The notes beneath the pieces are model-generated. The model worked only from the letters and a program-made list of their open reading frames with translations, made no database searches and was not told the origin of the DNA. This document shows, piece by piece, positions 33,088-43,230 of a stretch of 64,000 nucleotides of DNA; position 1 is the stretch's first letter; every line of letters begins with the position of its first letter. Source of the stretch: a virus (lineage: Duplodnaviria > Caudoviricetes); IMG/VR virus record IMGVR_UViG_3300011242_000003, positions 64,001-128,000 of that record. One strand, given 5' to 3'. The position numbers and the translations under genes are program-made.

Positions 33088-34134
33088 TTGGACAAAAGTG
33101 AATTGAAAATATATTTAAAAGATAATCCAGAATATATAGAAAATGTTTTAGAAAGTATTGGTTGTCATCATATAAAAATAATACCTAATAAAAGAGTTCA
33201 ATCAGCCTTAGAAGATGGAGATAATCAAACCTCTGTTCAAGTAAAGTTAAATGATACTTTGTCTACGGTGGTTCATACAAGAAGTGAATTTCAAAAGTAT
33301 GAAATTAAAGACATTTTTTCATTGGTACAATTCATAAAAGATTACACATTAGGAGAGGCAATTCAACACATATGTAAGGTTTGTGGTTTAAAATATAGTA
33401 ACAATGTAAAAAAACAAAACGTCAGCACCTCTTATCAATTTCTTAAAAAATTCAAAAGAAGTTTAAATAAAGAAGCTAGATTAGAAGAGTATGAGAGTGA
33501 AACTAAAATATTAAATGAAAGCTTTAAAGAAAGGTTTATAAGAAATACTTGTAAATTATTTTATGATGATGGTATTTCTGAAAAAACCCAAGATAAGTTT
33601 GAGGTATCTTTTGACGTATTAGATAATAGAGTTGTATTTCCAATAAGGAATGATGAAGGTGGAATATTAACATTTAAAGGTAGAACTTGTGATATAGATT
33701 ATAAAATCAAAGGCATACCAAAATATATCTCATATTACTCTTATTATGCTGAATTTTATCTATTTGGATTATATGAAAACTATTTTGATATATTAAATTC
33801 AGAAGATGTAATTATTGGAGAGGCTGAAAAGTTTGTAATGCAACTAGATAGCATGGGAATACATAATTCGGTAAGTTTAAGCAAGAAAATAATAAGTCCT
33901 TATCAGCTAAATAAATTATTAAAACTAGGAAAGGATATTGTTTTAGCTTTTGACAAAGGAGTTTCTTTAGAAGATATATATATAGAATGTAGAAAATTCA
34001 AAGGTTTATGTAACGTTTATTATATATATGATTATGATGATTTATTATCAAACAAGCAAAGTCCAACAGATAGGGGTTTTGAAATATTCAATAAATTATA
34101 TACGGAGTATAAATTTAAATATAAAGGAGAATAG
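33088..34134 (+). CDS. dnaG: DnaG-type DNA primase
   Basis: RVVFPIRN...FKGR, PKY, LFGL, Toprim IIGEAEK and LAFD. Confidence 0.88.
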   Translation: MDKSELKIYLKDNPEYIENVLESIGCHHIKIIPNKRVQSALEDGDNQTSVQVKLNDTLSTVVHTRSEFQKYEIKDIFSLVQFIKDYTLGEAIQHICKVCGLKYSNNVKKQNVSTSYQFLKKFKRSLNKEARLEEYESETKILNESFKERFIRNTCKLFYDDGISEKTQDKFEVSFDVLDNRVVFPIRNDEGGILTFKGRTCDIDYKIKGIPKYISYYSYYAEFYLFGLYENYFDILNSEDVIIGEAEKFVMQLDSMGIHNSVSLSKKIISPYQLNKLLKLGKDIVLAFDKGVSLEDIYIECRKFKGLCNVYYIYDYDDLLSNKQSPTDRGFEIFNKLYTEYKFKYKGE

Positions 34135-34140
34135 TGAGAT

Positions 34141-35772
34141 ATGAAATATAAATTAATAGGTAGAAATGATTTTTTTATGCCAGTAGAAACGATTTTAGAT
34201 AATAGAAGTATATCAAGGGAATTATTTGATTTAGATAAAACGGTAATAGAAGACTATAATAACTATGATAATATGCAAGAAGGTATAAACTTATTAATAA
34301 GTCATATTAACAATAAGGGTAAAATAGTGATAGTAGGAGATTGTGATGTTGATGGGGCTACAAGTTTTGCAATATTATATAATAGATTAAAAGATACATA
34401 TAAAGATATTGATTTACATTTGAAAATACATAAAGGAAAAGAACACGGTTTGTCTAATGATATTATAATAGAAGATGATGTAAGTTTAGTGATAGTTATA
34501 GATGCAGGTAGTAATGATTATAAACAACATAAACAGTTAAAAGATAGAGGAATTGATGTTTTAGTAATAGACCACCACGAATGTGATAAAGGATATAGTA
34601 AACATGCTATAGTTATTAACAATCAACTAAGTAAAAAAGTCTACAATAAAAACCTAAGTGGGGCGGGTGTAGTTTATAAATTCATAAAAGCTTTAGATGA
34701 TTATTTATTTGAAAATAAGTCGGAACAATATATTGATTTAGTTGCATTAGGCAACATAGCAGATGTAATGGATTTACATGAAAAGGAGACTAGATATTAT
34801 GTTTATAGGGGAATTGAGGTAATTAACAATACTTTTATAAAGGCATTAGTCGAACAAAACAAATTTGATTTAGAAGATAAATATAATGTTGAAAAAGTTG
34901 GATGGGTTATTGCTCCTAAGTTAAACGGCACAATAAGAAGTGGTACTCAAGAAGAGAAATTAAAAATGTTCCAAGCCTTCGTATCTGATGATTACGATTT
35001 TTGTTTAGAAACAGCAAAGATGTGTAAAAATATTAAATCGAGACAAGATAATGCCGTTAAATCTGGTATGGCTAAGATTATAAAAGACATAGAATTAAAT
35101 AAAGATGATAAATGTTTAATATTAGAAGTTGGAGATAAGTTAAATCAATCTCATACAGGATTAGTTGCAATGAAGTTGTCAGACAAATATAAACTTCCAA
35201 CACTTCTATATAGAGATATAAAAGATAAAGATGGTTTTGTGGGTGGTAGTTTTAGAGGTGTCGATGGATTTACTGATGATTTAAGAATGGATATATTGAA
35301 TAGTAATCTGGTGGAATTTTCACAAGGGCATCCACAAGCGGGAGGTTATCAATTAAAAAAACAAAATATACCGAATTTAAAAAGATATCTTGATGATTTA
35401 TATAAAAATATAGAGAATATAGACAACAAAGAATATCGAGTAGATTTTATTTTATCAGAAAATGATATTGATGATTATGTTATAAATCAACTTGCTAGTT
35501 TAGAAAGTGAGTTTGGTAATGGAATAGATGTCCCATTGATTGCTTTTGAAGATATAAAATTAGAATTAAATAAGGATATAAACCTAAAAGGGAAATTGAA
35601 TATAGTATTTTATATAAATGGAGTGAAGTTTATTAAAAAATTCTCAACAAATATATTAAAAGAAAGTTTACTTGATAAAAATGTTACAGTTAATTTTATA
35701 GGAAAGTGTAGTATGAACACATATAACAATACAGGACAAGTAGAAATAGTAGATATTGAGGTGAAAGAATGA
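34141..35772 (+). CDS. recJ: RecJ-like DHH ssDNA exonuclease
   Basis: GDCDVDG, IDAG, VIDHH, LSGAGV, LGNIADVM, GSFRG, GHPQAGG. Confidence 0.92.
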   Translation: MKYKLIGRNDFFMPVETILDNRSISRELFDLDKTVIEDYNNYDNMQEGINLLISHINNKGKIVIVGDCDVDGATSFAILYNRLKDTYKDIDLHLKIHKGKEHGLSNDIIIEDDVSLVIVIDAGSNDYKQHKQLKDRGIDVLVIDHHECDKGYSKHAIVINNQLSKKVYNKNLSGAGVVYKFIKALDDYLFENKSEQYIDLVALGNIADVMDLHEKETRYYVYRGIEVINNTFIKALVEQNKFDLEDKYNVEKVGWVIAPKLNGTIRSGTQEEKLKMFQAFVSDDYDFCLETAKMCKNIKSRQDNAVKSGMAKIIKDIELNKDDKCLILEVGDKLNQSHTGLVAMKLSDKYKLPTLLYRDIKDKDGFVGGSFRGVDGFTDDLRMDILNSNLVEFSQGHPQAGGYQLKKQNIPNLKRYLDDLYKNIENIDNKEYRVDFILSENDIDDYVINQLASLESEFGNGIDVPLIAFEDIKLELNKDINLKGKLNIVFYINGVKFIKKFSTNILKESLLDKNVTVNFIGKCSMNTYNNTGQVEIVDIEVKE

Positions 35773-38700
35773 TGAGTAATTATAATATATTACATCTACA
35801 TAGCGACTATAGTAATGGAATAACATCAATAGACTCTGTTACGAAATTTGATAAATACATAGAAAAAGCAAAAGAACAAGGTATGACTGCTATAGCATTT
35901 ACGGAACATGGATGTATATTTGATTGGTTTAAAAAGAAGCAATATTGTGAAGACTATGGTTTAAAATATATTCATGCGGTTGAAATGTATATAACTAAAA
36001 CATTAAACGAAAAGATAAGAGACAATTATCATTGTTGTATGTATGCTAAGAATTATAAAGGTTTTTTAGAATTAAATGCATTATGCTCAAAAAGTTTTAA
36101 TAGAGAGGATGGAAGTTATTACTATTCGCCTAGAATAACCGTTGATGATTTATTAAATACAAGCGAAAATATAATAATAACGTCTGCTTGTTTAGGAGGT
36201 TTCTTTAATTCAAAAGATGATGAGTTAGAAAAGAATATATTAGATTTTATGACAAACAATAAAGAACGTTGTTTTTTAGAAATTCAACATCATCTAGTAC
36301 ATAGTCAAATTAATTTAAATAAAAAATTATACGATATACATTTGAAAACTGGATTAAGATGTATAACTGGAACTGATACACATTGTTTAAATGAAAAACA
36401 TGCAAAAGGGAGAGTTATATTACAAAAGGCTAAAAACATACATTTTGGAGATGAAGATGGTTGGGATTTAACATTTAAAACATACGATGAATTACTGGAG
36501 TTGTATAAAAAACAAAACATAATACCAATAGAAGAAATAAAAACAGCTTTAAATAATACTATTGTACTATCAGACATGGTCGAAGAATTTAGCATTGATA
36601 GTAGTTATAAATATCCTAAGCTTTATGAAGATGGATTGAAGGTTTTAAAAAATAAAATAAATGAAGGTATTTTAGAAAAAGGGATAAACAAGTATAGCAA
36701 TTACAAATCTGAATATATACCAAGGATAAAGTATGAATTGGAAACATACATACATAATGGTGCGGTAGACTTTTTATTATTAGATGAGGATATTAAAAGT
36801 TGGGCGAGAGAAAGAGATATATTCCCTGGATATTCGAGAGGTTCTGTTTCTGGAAGTGAAATAGCTTACATTATAGGTATGACGGATATTGATTCTATAA
36901 AACACAAAATGAATTTTGAAAGATTCATGAATGTTGAACGTGTAAGTCTTGCGGACGTTGATACCGATTGGCAACCAAATCACAGAGAATTAGTTAAAGA
37001 TTATATATATAACAAAGAAGGACTCTATTGTGCTGATATAGTCACATTTAATACAGTAGCCTTAAAAGGAAGTGTAAGAGACGTTGGCAGAGCTTTAGAA
37101 ATACCTTTAGATGAAGTAAATGAAATTTGTTCAAACATTGAAATCAACGAAGAAAAATATAGAAAAAAGTATAAAGAGTTATTTGAGTATGTAGACATTA
37201 TAAATGGAACGATAGTTTCGATAGGGACTCATCCATGCTTTACTGGGGAACAGTTAATATTAACAAATGAGGGTTATAAAGAAATAAAAGATTTAAATGT
37301 GGGAGATGAAGTTTTAACTCATAACAATAATTATAAAAAAGTTGTAGACGTTATGATAAATAAAAGTGATGACATATATGAGGCTAAACCTTGTGGAACT
37401 TTACCTATAAAAGCTACTGGTAACCATCCTTTCTATGTAAGAAAAAGAAAGGATAAAAGGTTGAGAAAATATAAGGATGGTATAGATACAACAATAAAAA
37501 AATATTCTTCTCCAGTTTGGATGTCTTTAAAAGATATAGAAAAGGGCGACGTTGTAGGTATTCCAATAAACAATAAATCTAAAATAGTTAATAATGAGTT
37601 TGATTTACCATATAAAAATAAAATGTTATGGTGGATTGTAGGAAGATATTTAGGGGATGGTTGGATTACTGAACTAAACAGATTAGACAAAAGAAATAAT
37701 AGAAAATATATTGAAAAACATTTGATAATATGTTGCAACAAAAACAACAACGAAACAAATGACATAGTTGATGTTTTAAAGAACATTGATTTTAATTATA
37801 GAATAGAAGAAAGGGCAACGGTTAATAGAATATATATAAAAAACAATGATTTGCTAGAATACCTTAAAACGTTTGGTAAATATGCTGATGGTAAATTTAT
37901 ACCAAATGAAGTGTTAAATTTACCCAAAGAACTACTTGAAGAATTTTTGAACGGATATTTAAGTGCTGATGGTTATTGTGATGAAGTTAATAGTATTTAT
38001 AGTTTTAAAACTGTAAGTAAAAAGTTAGCATTAGGATTTATAAACTGTATTGCCAAAGTATATAACAGACATTGTAAGGTGCATGTTCAAAAAGAAGGTA
38101 AAGATGTTATAGAAGGAAGAATAGTAAAAAGAAAAGAGAAGTACATTGTTAGTTTTACAAAGGACGTTAGAAAGAAAGAAAGAAGTTTTTGTGAAGATGG
38201 ATACATATGGATGCCTCTTAAAAGCATAGAAAGATTAGATGTTAAAGAGAAAACTTATAACTTATCTGTATTAGATGATAATAGCTATACTGTAAATAAT
38301 ATTGCAGTTCATAATTGCGGTACAATTGTTAGCCCTATACCTCTAGATGATGTCGTTGGATTATGTACAATAAGCACATGTTCTCACCCTGTTTCTATGC
38401 TGAGTATGAAATGTATTGATGCTCAAAACTTTACTAAGCTAGATATACTTGGGTTAGATAATATACAACTAATAAATGAAACTTGTAAGTTGGCAGGAAT
38501 AGAAAGATTAGTTCCTAACAATGTTCCTGACGAAGAGGTTGTTTGGAAGTCAATGGCTGATAACAATTTATTAATATTCCAATGGGAATCTGATAGTGCG
38601 GGTGCGTTTTTAAAGACATTGTTAAGCGATAAAACACTAGAAAGTATAAAAAAAGTAAATCCAAATTTTAGATATGTTGATTTGGTGTCTATGGGCAATG

Positions 38701-40052
38701 GGGCAATTAGACCCGCAGGAAGTTCTTATAGAACAGCTTTAAGCAACGGAGAATTTAAAGATAATGGACACAAAGCGTTAAATGATTTATTAGCACCAAC
38801 GATGGGTTATTTAGTTTATCAAGAGCAGATACTTGAATTTTTACATCAATTTTGTGGATATACAATGGGAGAAGCGGACGTTGTACGTAGAGGATTTGCA
38901 AAAAAAACAGGAACAGAAAAATTTATACCTAAGATAAAAGAAGGGTTTATAAAAACTATGAAGGACAAATATGGCGTTGAAAAAGAAGAGTCTGAAGAAA
39001 TTATAATAAGCTTTATTCAAGTTATAAATGATGCTAGTTCCTATCTGTTTTCATTAAATCATAGTGAGCCTTATACTTATATTGGTTATATATGTGCATA
39101 TTTACGTTATTATTATCCATTAGAATTCTTATCTGTTGCATTTAATATAAATAAAGATAATCAAGAAAAGACAACTAAAATTACTGAATACGCCAGAACT
39201 ATAGGGGTAAAGTTAAATAATGCTAAATATGGCTATGCAAAAGGAGAATGTTTTTTTGATAAAGGCACTAACTCAATATATAAAGGTATAGGAGCTATAA
39301 AGAATTTAAACACAAAAATCGGAGATGAATTATACGAACTATCACAATCTAACAAGTTTACCGATTTTTTCAACTTACTAATAGCAATTCAAAATGAAAC
39401 CTCGTGTAATTCAAGGCAACTTGACATTCTTATAAAATTAGGGTATTTTAGTGAATTTGGGAAGACGCAGAAACTACTTAATATAGTTGATTTATATAAT
39501 AAAGTTTATGTAAAAAAACAATTTAAAAAAGATAAACTTCCCGACTGTGTACCCTTAGAGATTCTAACCAAATACGCCAATGTAGAAACTGAAAAAACAT
39601 TAAAAGATATTAGAATGGATGAATTAATGGTGGAGCTAATGTCTAATATACAGGATAAAGATATTTCAATAGAAGATGTTTTTAAGGTTCAAATGGATTA
39701 CCTAGGATATATAGATTATAAAAATGATAAGTTAGAAAAAAGATATGTATTAGTTACTTCAATAAATACCAAATATACGCCTGTGGTAGATACTTATTGT
39801 TTAAATAATGGTGGCACATGTAGATGTAAAATTAGTAAAACGATATTCAAAGATAAAGAGATTGATGTAGGTGATATAATATATATACATAATATGACTA
39901 GAAAGTTTGGATATAAGAAAGTTGGAGAAAAAGAAGATAAAAAAGGAAATGTAAAACCTATATTTGAACAAGATGAAAGTAAACAAGATTGGTGGATTAC
40001 AAGCTATAACAAAGTAGATATAAATGAGGTGTTAGACGAAATTGAAGGCTAA
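35769..40052 (+). CDS. dnaE: DNA polymerase III alpha subunit (family C) with intein
   Basis: PHP LHLHSDYS, AFTEHG, SRGSVSGS, FERF, DVDTD, KLDILGL, YQEQ, YLFSLNHS. Confidence 0.95.
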   Translation: MMSNYNILHLHSDYSNGITSIDSVTKFDKYIEKAKEQGMTAIAFTEHGCIFDWFKKKQYCEDYGLKYIHAVEMYITKTLNEKIRDNYHCCMYAKNYKGFLELNALCSKSFNREDGSYYYSPRITVDDLLNTSENIIITSACLGGFFNSKDDELEKNILDFMTNNKERCFLEIQHHLVHSQINLNKKLYDIHLKTGLRCITGTDTHCLNEKHAKGRVILQKAKNIHFGDEDGWDLTFKTYDELLELYKKQNIIPIEEIKTALNNTIVLSDMVEEFSIDSSYKYPKLYEDGLKVLKNKINEGILEKGINKYSNYKSEYIPRIKYELETYIHNGAVDFLLLDEDIKSWARERDIFPGYSRGSVSGSEIAYIIGMTDIDSIKHKMNFERFMNVERVSLADVDTDWQPNHRELVKDYIYNKEGLYCADIVTFNTVALKGSVRDVGRALEIPLDEVNEICSNIEINEEKYRKKYKELFEYVDIINGTIVSIGTHPCFTGEQLILTNEGYKEIKDLNVGDEVLTHNNNYKKVVDVMINKSDDIYEAKPCGTLPIKATGNHPFYVRKRKDKRLRKYKDGIDTTIKKYSSPVWMSLKDIEKGDVVGIPINNKSKIVNNEFDLPYKNKMLWWIVGRYLGDGWITELNRLDKRNNRKYIEKHLIICCNKNNNETNDIVDVLKNIDFNYRIEERATVNRIYIKNNDLLEYLKTFGKYADGKFIPNEVLNLPKELLEEFLNGYLSADGYCDEVNSIYSFKTVSKKLALGFINCIAKVYNRHCKVHVQKEGKDVIEGRIVKRKEKYIVSFTKDVRKKERSFCEDGYIWMPLKSIERLDVKEKTYNLSVLDDNSYTVNNIAVHNCGTIVSPIPLDDVVGLCTISTCSHPVSMLSMKCIDAQNFTKLDILGLDNIQLINETCKLAGIERLVPNNVPDEEVVWKSMADNNLLIFQWESDSAGAFLKTLLSDKTLESIKKVNPNFRYVDLVSMGNGAIRPAGSSYRTALSNGEFKDNGHKALNDLLAPTMGYLVYQEQILEFLHQFCGYTMGEADVVRRGFAKKTGTEKFIPKIKEGFIKTMKDKYGVEKEESEEIIISFIQVINDASSYLFSLNHSEPYTYIGYICAYLRYYYPLEFLSVAFNINKDNQEKTTKITEYARTIGVKLNNAKYGYAKGECFFDKGTNSIYKGIGAIKNLNTKIGDELYELSQSNKFTDFFNLLIAIQNETSCNSRQLDILIKLGYFSEFGKTQKLLNIVDLYNKVYVKKQFKKDKLPDCVPLEILTKYANVETEKTLKDIRMDELMVELMSNIQDKDISIEDVFKVQMDYLGYIDYKNDKLEKRYVLVTSINTKYTPVVDTYCLNNGGTCRCKISKTIFKDKEIDVGDIIYIHNMTRKFGYKKVGEKEDKKGNVKPIFEQDESKQDWWITSYNKVDINEVLDEIEG
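37236..38315 (+). mobile_element. Intein (360 aa) with LAGLIDADG homing endonuclease, in DnaE
   Basis: GTHP|CFTGEQLILT ... block B ATGNHPF ... IVGRYLGDG and FLNGYLSADG ... YNLSV..DNSYTVNNIAVHN|CG. Confidence 0.95.
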
Positions 40053-40581
40053 TTTAAAGAACAAAGATATTAAATATATTATAGACAATGACTTTTATGT
40101 ATTAATAGATACGAGAGAAAAGAAGAATCATCATATTATAAAAGCGTTTGACAAATATAATATTAAATATAAAATGCAGAAATTAGAATATGGAGATTAT
40201 GGATGTTTAATAGTTAAAAATGAAAACCTAGGAATTTTAGATAATATACAATTAAAAATATCTATAGAAAGAAAAGCTAACCTTGAGGAAATTGGGAGTA
40301 ATTTAACAAAAACAAAAAATAGATTCGCCAAAGAAATGAAAAGATGTGTAGATGATGGTGGTGATATGATTATTATGATAGAAAATGCTACATATGACGA
40401 TATAGCTGATAAAAACTATAAAAACGACCTAACACCAAAGCAGTTCTTAGGATTAATTCATGGAATATATTCCACATATAAAATTCCATTTATATTTATA
40501 TCTAAGAAGAAATGTCCATTATTCATTTATGATACTTTAAAATATTTCACTAGAGCATATCTTAAAAATTATGTAAAATAA
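40042..40581 (+). CDS. ERCC4/XPF-family nuclease
   Basis: IDTREK, LEYGDY, SIERK. Confidence 0.88.
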   Translation: MKANLKNKDIKYIIDNDFYVLIDTREKKNHHIIKAFDKYNIKYKMQKLEYGDYGCLIVKNENLGILDNIQLKISIERKANLEEIGSNLTKTKNRFAKEMKRCVDDGGDMIIMIENATYDDIADKNYKNDLTPKQFLGLIHGIYSTYKIPFIFISKKKCPLFIYDTLKYFTRAYLKNYVK

Positions 40582-40624
40582 AATATTAAAAACACTTGCA
40601 ATTTATAACAGTATATAATATAAT
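40576..40624 (+). promoter_or_regulatory. sigmaA promoter with motif B
   Basis: TTGCAA(40596)-17 bp-TATAAT(40619). Confidence 0.8.
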
Positions 40625-40666
40625 AAACTCATAGGATAAAACATAACAAAATCCTATGAGTTTTTA
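40625..40666 (+). terminator. Terminator-like hairpin ending the replication operon and overlapping the next TSS
   Basis: AAACTCATAGGAT / ATCCTATGAGTTT, 13-bp perfect stem plus T-run. Confidence 0.7.
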
Positions 40667-40688
40667 ATTTAGAAAGAGGTGGTATTAA

Positions 40689-42552
40689 ATGAAAGAAATA
40701 AAAAGATACAAGAATTCACAATACTATTTATTAATAGAAGACGAAGAGGAGAAAGAAATACTGATGGATGTAGATATATCTGAGATTGATAAAGTTTTTG
40801 GAGAAGGAATAGTAAAAAGAGCTTTTAAGCAAGTTGCTAATTGGTATATGGATGAAACATTTGAAGAAGTAAAAGAAAGAATAAATTTTAACCAAATATT
40901 AGACTGTGTAAATCTTGAAGAAGATTTGTTTGTTGAATTTGTAAATGACACAATTATTAGGATAAGTGTGTCTGAATGGGGAGATATAGAGAGATTAAAA
41001 TAATTTCATAAAAGGAGAGTGTTTATAAATGAAATAAAACTTTTATTTTAAAGGGAATAATATATTAAAAGGAGTGAATTGGATGAAAAATATTAAATGT
41101 TTATTAGGTCACAGACGAATGAAATTAAAGGATGTAGAAACAGATACATATGAAAATGATAACGAGAAGATTAAAACCTATAAATGTAAACATTGTGGAA
41201 TGATTGTGGGTGGTAGAACACTAAGCATTAAATCTAAAATTAAATCACTTGATGATATCAAAGAAGATGAAGCATTAATAAATAAGCCTTATGTCAGAAT
41301 ACGTGAATACGAAAATTGGAGTGAAAGTAATATGAGAAATCGTATTTCTATCGACTCTGAAGATGGACTTCGTGGAGTTATATATTTTATATCTGAAGAT
41401 GAAATTAGTGAAATTGAATTTATGGGTATGACACTTTTAACAAAGCAAAGTTTTAGTATCTATGAAGGGTTGGATATAGACTGCAAAATATATAAAGCTA
41501 AATATATTGAAGATTCAGATAGAATAATTCCACAACATTATATGATAGATGGTGTTGACACACTAAAAGCTAGTAGTTATATTGGTGGGTATTCTAATGT
41601 AAAATTAAACAATGAGTCAAATATTTTGGCTATAGAATATGATTGTGATAAAAGATATGATAAATCAGGTTGGTGGAAGCTTATTCATCCTAGAAAGTTC
41701 AATATAAAATATTATTGTGAGGAGTAGATGTCATGAAAAAGAAAATACAATAAGCCACATATGTCCTTGTGAAGATAGGGAATTAATACCTGCTTCAAAG
41801 ATTTACAGTGATATGAGAAAAGAGAATAACATATATCATCAATGTGAATGTGGCAATACAGATATAGATATATTTTCAGTAGTAGAAGTATTGCATCACG
41901 CACAAGAAATAGATATACCTTCTGTTGAAATAAATTATATATGTCCTGCTTGTGGTAGTATGATGACCGAATCAGCATATTTATATAAAAGAAAGGATGG
42001 TAAATTACATGAAATGGGAGACCAAAAATAGAATAAATAATATTAATCAACTTAATCAAAATAGACAAAAGAATAAATTATTAAAGGATAAGCCTATAGA
42101 AGAGCCAAAGGAAGAGAGGGTGGAAACATCAAATCCAATGTTTAATTTGGATACAGAAATAGGAAGAGCGTTTTTATTGGATTTATTATTAGATGATTAT
42201 AATATAAAATTATCTGATTGGCAAAAGGAAGTAATAATAAAAGGAGATAAATTAAATGATAGATAGTAGAGAATTATTAGAAATGATAGAAAATGGATGT
42301 AATGGGGATATACAAGAAACCATTGAGTTTATGAATGAATTAATAAATGATATACATAATGACCCTAATAAACTTGTAGCAAAGCTAAATAAAGAAGTTG
42401 AAAAATATGCTTCAGACAATTTCAGATGTGAAATATGTGGATATGAATTAAGAGAATCAAGGACTAAAGAATATAGTGATTGTAGAGGATGGAAAGTGCA
42501 AGAAGATTTTGTTGTAAATGACTGTACAAATCCAGATTGTGAAAATTATTAA
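40689..42552 (+). other. Hypothetical ORFs (40689-41003, 41074-41727, 41717-42031, ~42009-42266, 42256-42552)
   Basis: Packed ORFs, several with CxxC pairs; starts uncertain. Confidence 0.6.
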
Positions 42553-42560
42553 ATTAAGTA

Positions 42561-42609
42561 AAATAATATATTAAATTATGTTGCAATGCTTAAATAGATA
42601 TGGTAGTAT
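42561..42609 (+). promoter_or_regulatory. sigmaA promoter with motif B
   Basis: TTGCAA(42581)-17 bp-TAGTAT(42604), TGn. Confidence 0.75.
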
Positions 42610-42647
42610 AAGTATATAAAGTAAATACATATGAAAGTGAGAGTGAT

Positions 42648-43214
42648 TTGATGCGAAAGAGAATAGTAAGTTGTATGTTGATTGCTTCAATGATGACTAC
42701 AACACAACTGCTACTCCCTATAGAAGCGAAAGAAAGTGGAAGGGATATAACAACAATTAGTACAAAAGATAAGTCGGATAAAATATTAAATGATATAAAT
42801 ACATATAGAGAAGAATGTGAAAAGAAAAGACAAATAGAAGAACAAAAGAGGATTGAAAAGGAAAAGAAGTTAGAGGAAGAGAGAAAAAGGAAGGAACGAG
42901 AGTCTAAAAGAGTTCCTATGACATTTGAGTTAAGTGCTTATTGTAGTTGTTCACAATGCAGTGATGGATGGGGAACGAATACAGCTAGTGGATTACCAGT
43001 ACAAGAAGGGTTTGTAGCATTACCAAAAGACATTCCATTTGGTACTAAAGTAATAATTCCTGAGTTGGGAGCTGAATACACGTGTCAAGACCGTGGAGGC
43101 TTCATAGAGTACACAGATGAAGGATATATGAGAGTCGATGTATATATGAGTAGTCATGAAGCATGTTTACAATTTGGAAGATTTGTAGTCGAAGGATATT
43201 TAGAATATAAATAA
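42648..43214 (+). CDS. Secreted 3D-domain (MltA-like) cell-wall enzyme
   Basis: Signal peptide, charged coiled linker, LSAYC...TASG...IPFGTKV...QDRGG...VDVYM. Confidence 0.85.
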   Translation: MMRKRIVSCMLIASMMTTTQLLLPIEAKESGRDITTISTKDKSDKILNDINTYREECEKKRQIEEQKRIEKEKKLEEERKRKERESKRVPMTFELSAYCSCSQCSDGWGTNTASGLPVQEGFVALPKDIPFGTKVIIPELGAEYTCQDRGGFIEYTDEGYMRVDVYMSSHEACLQFGRFVVEGYLEYK

Positions 43215-43230
43215 AGGAAGTGAGTTGAGT

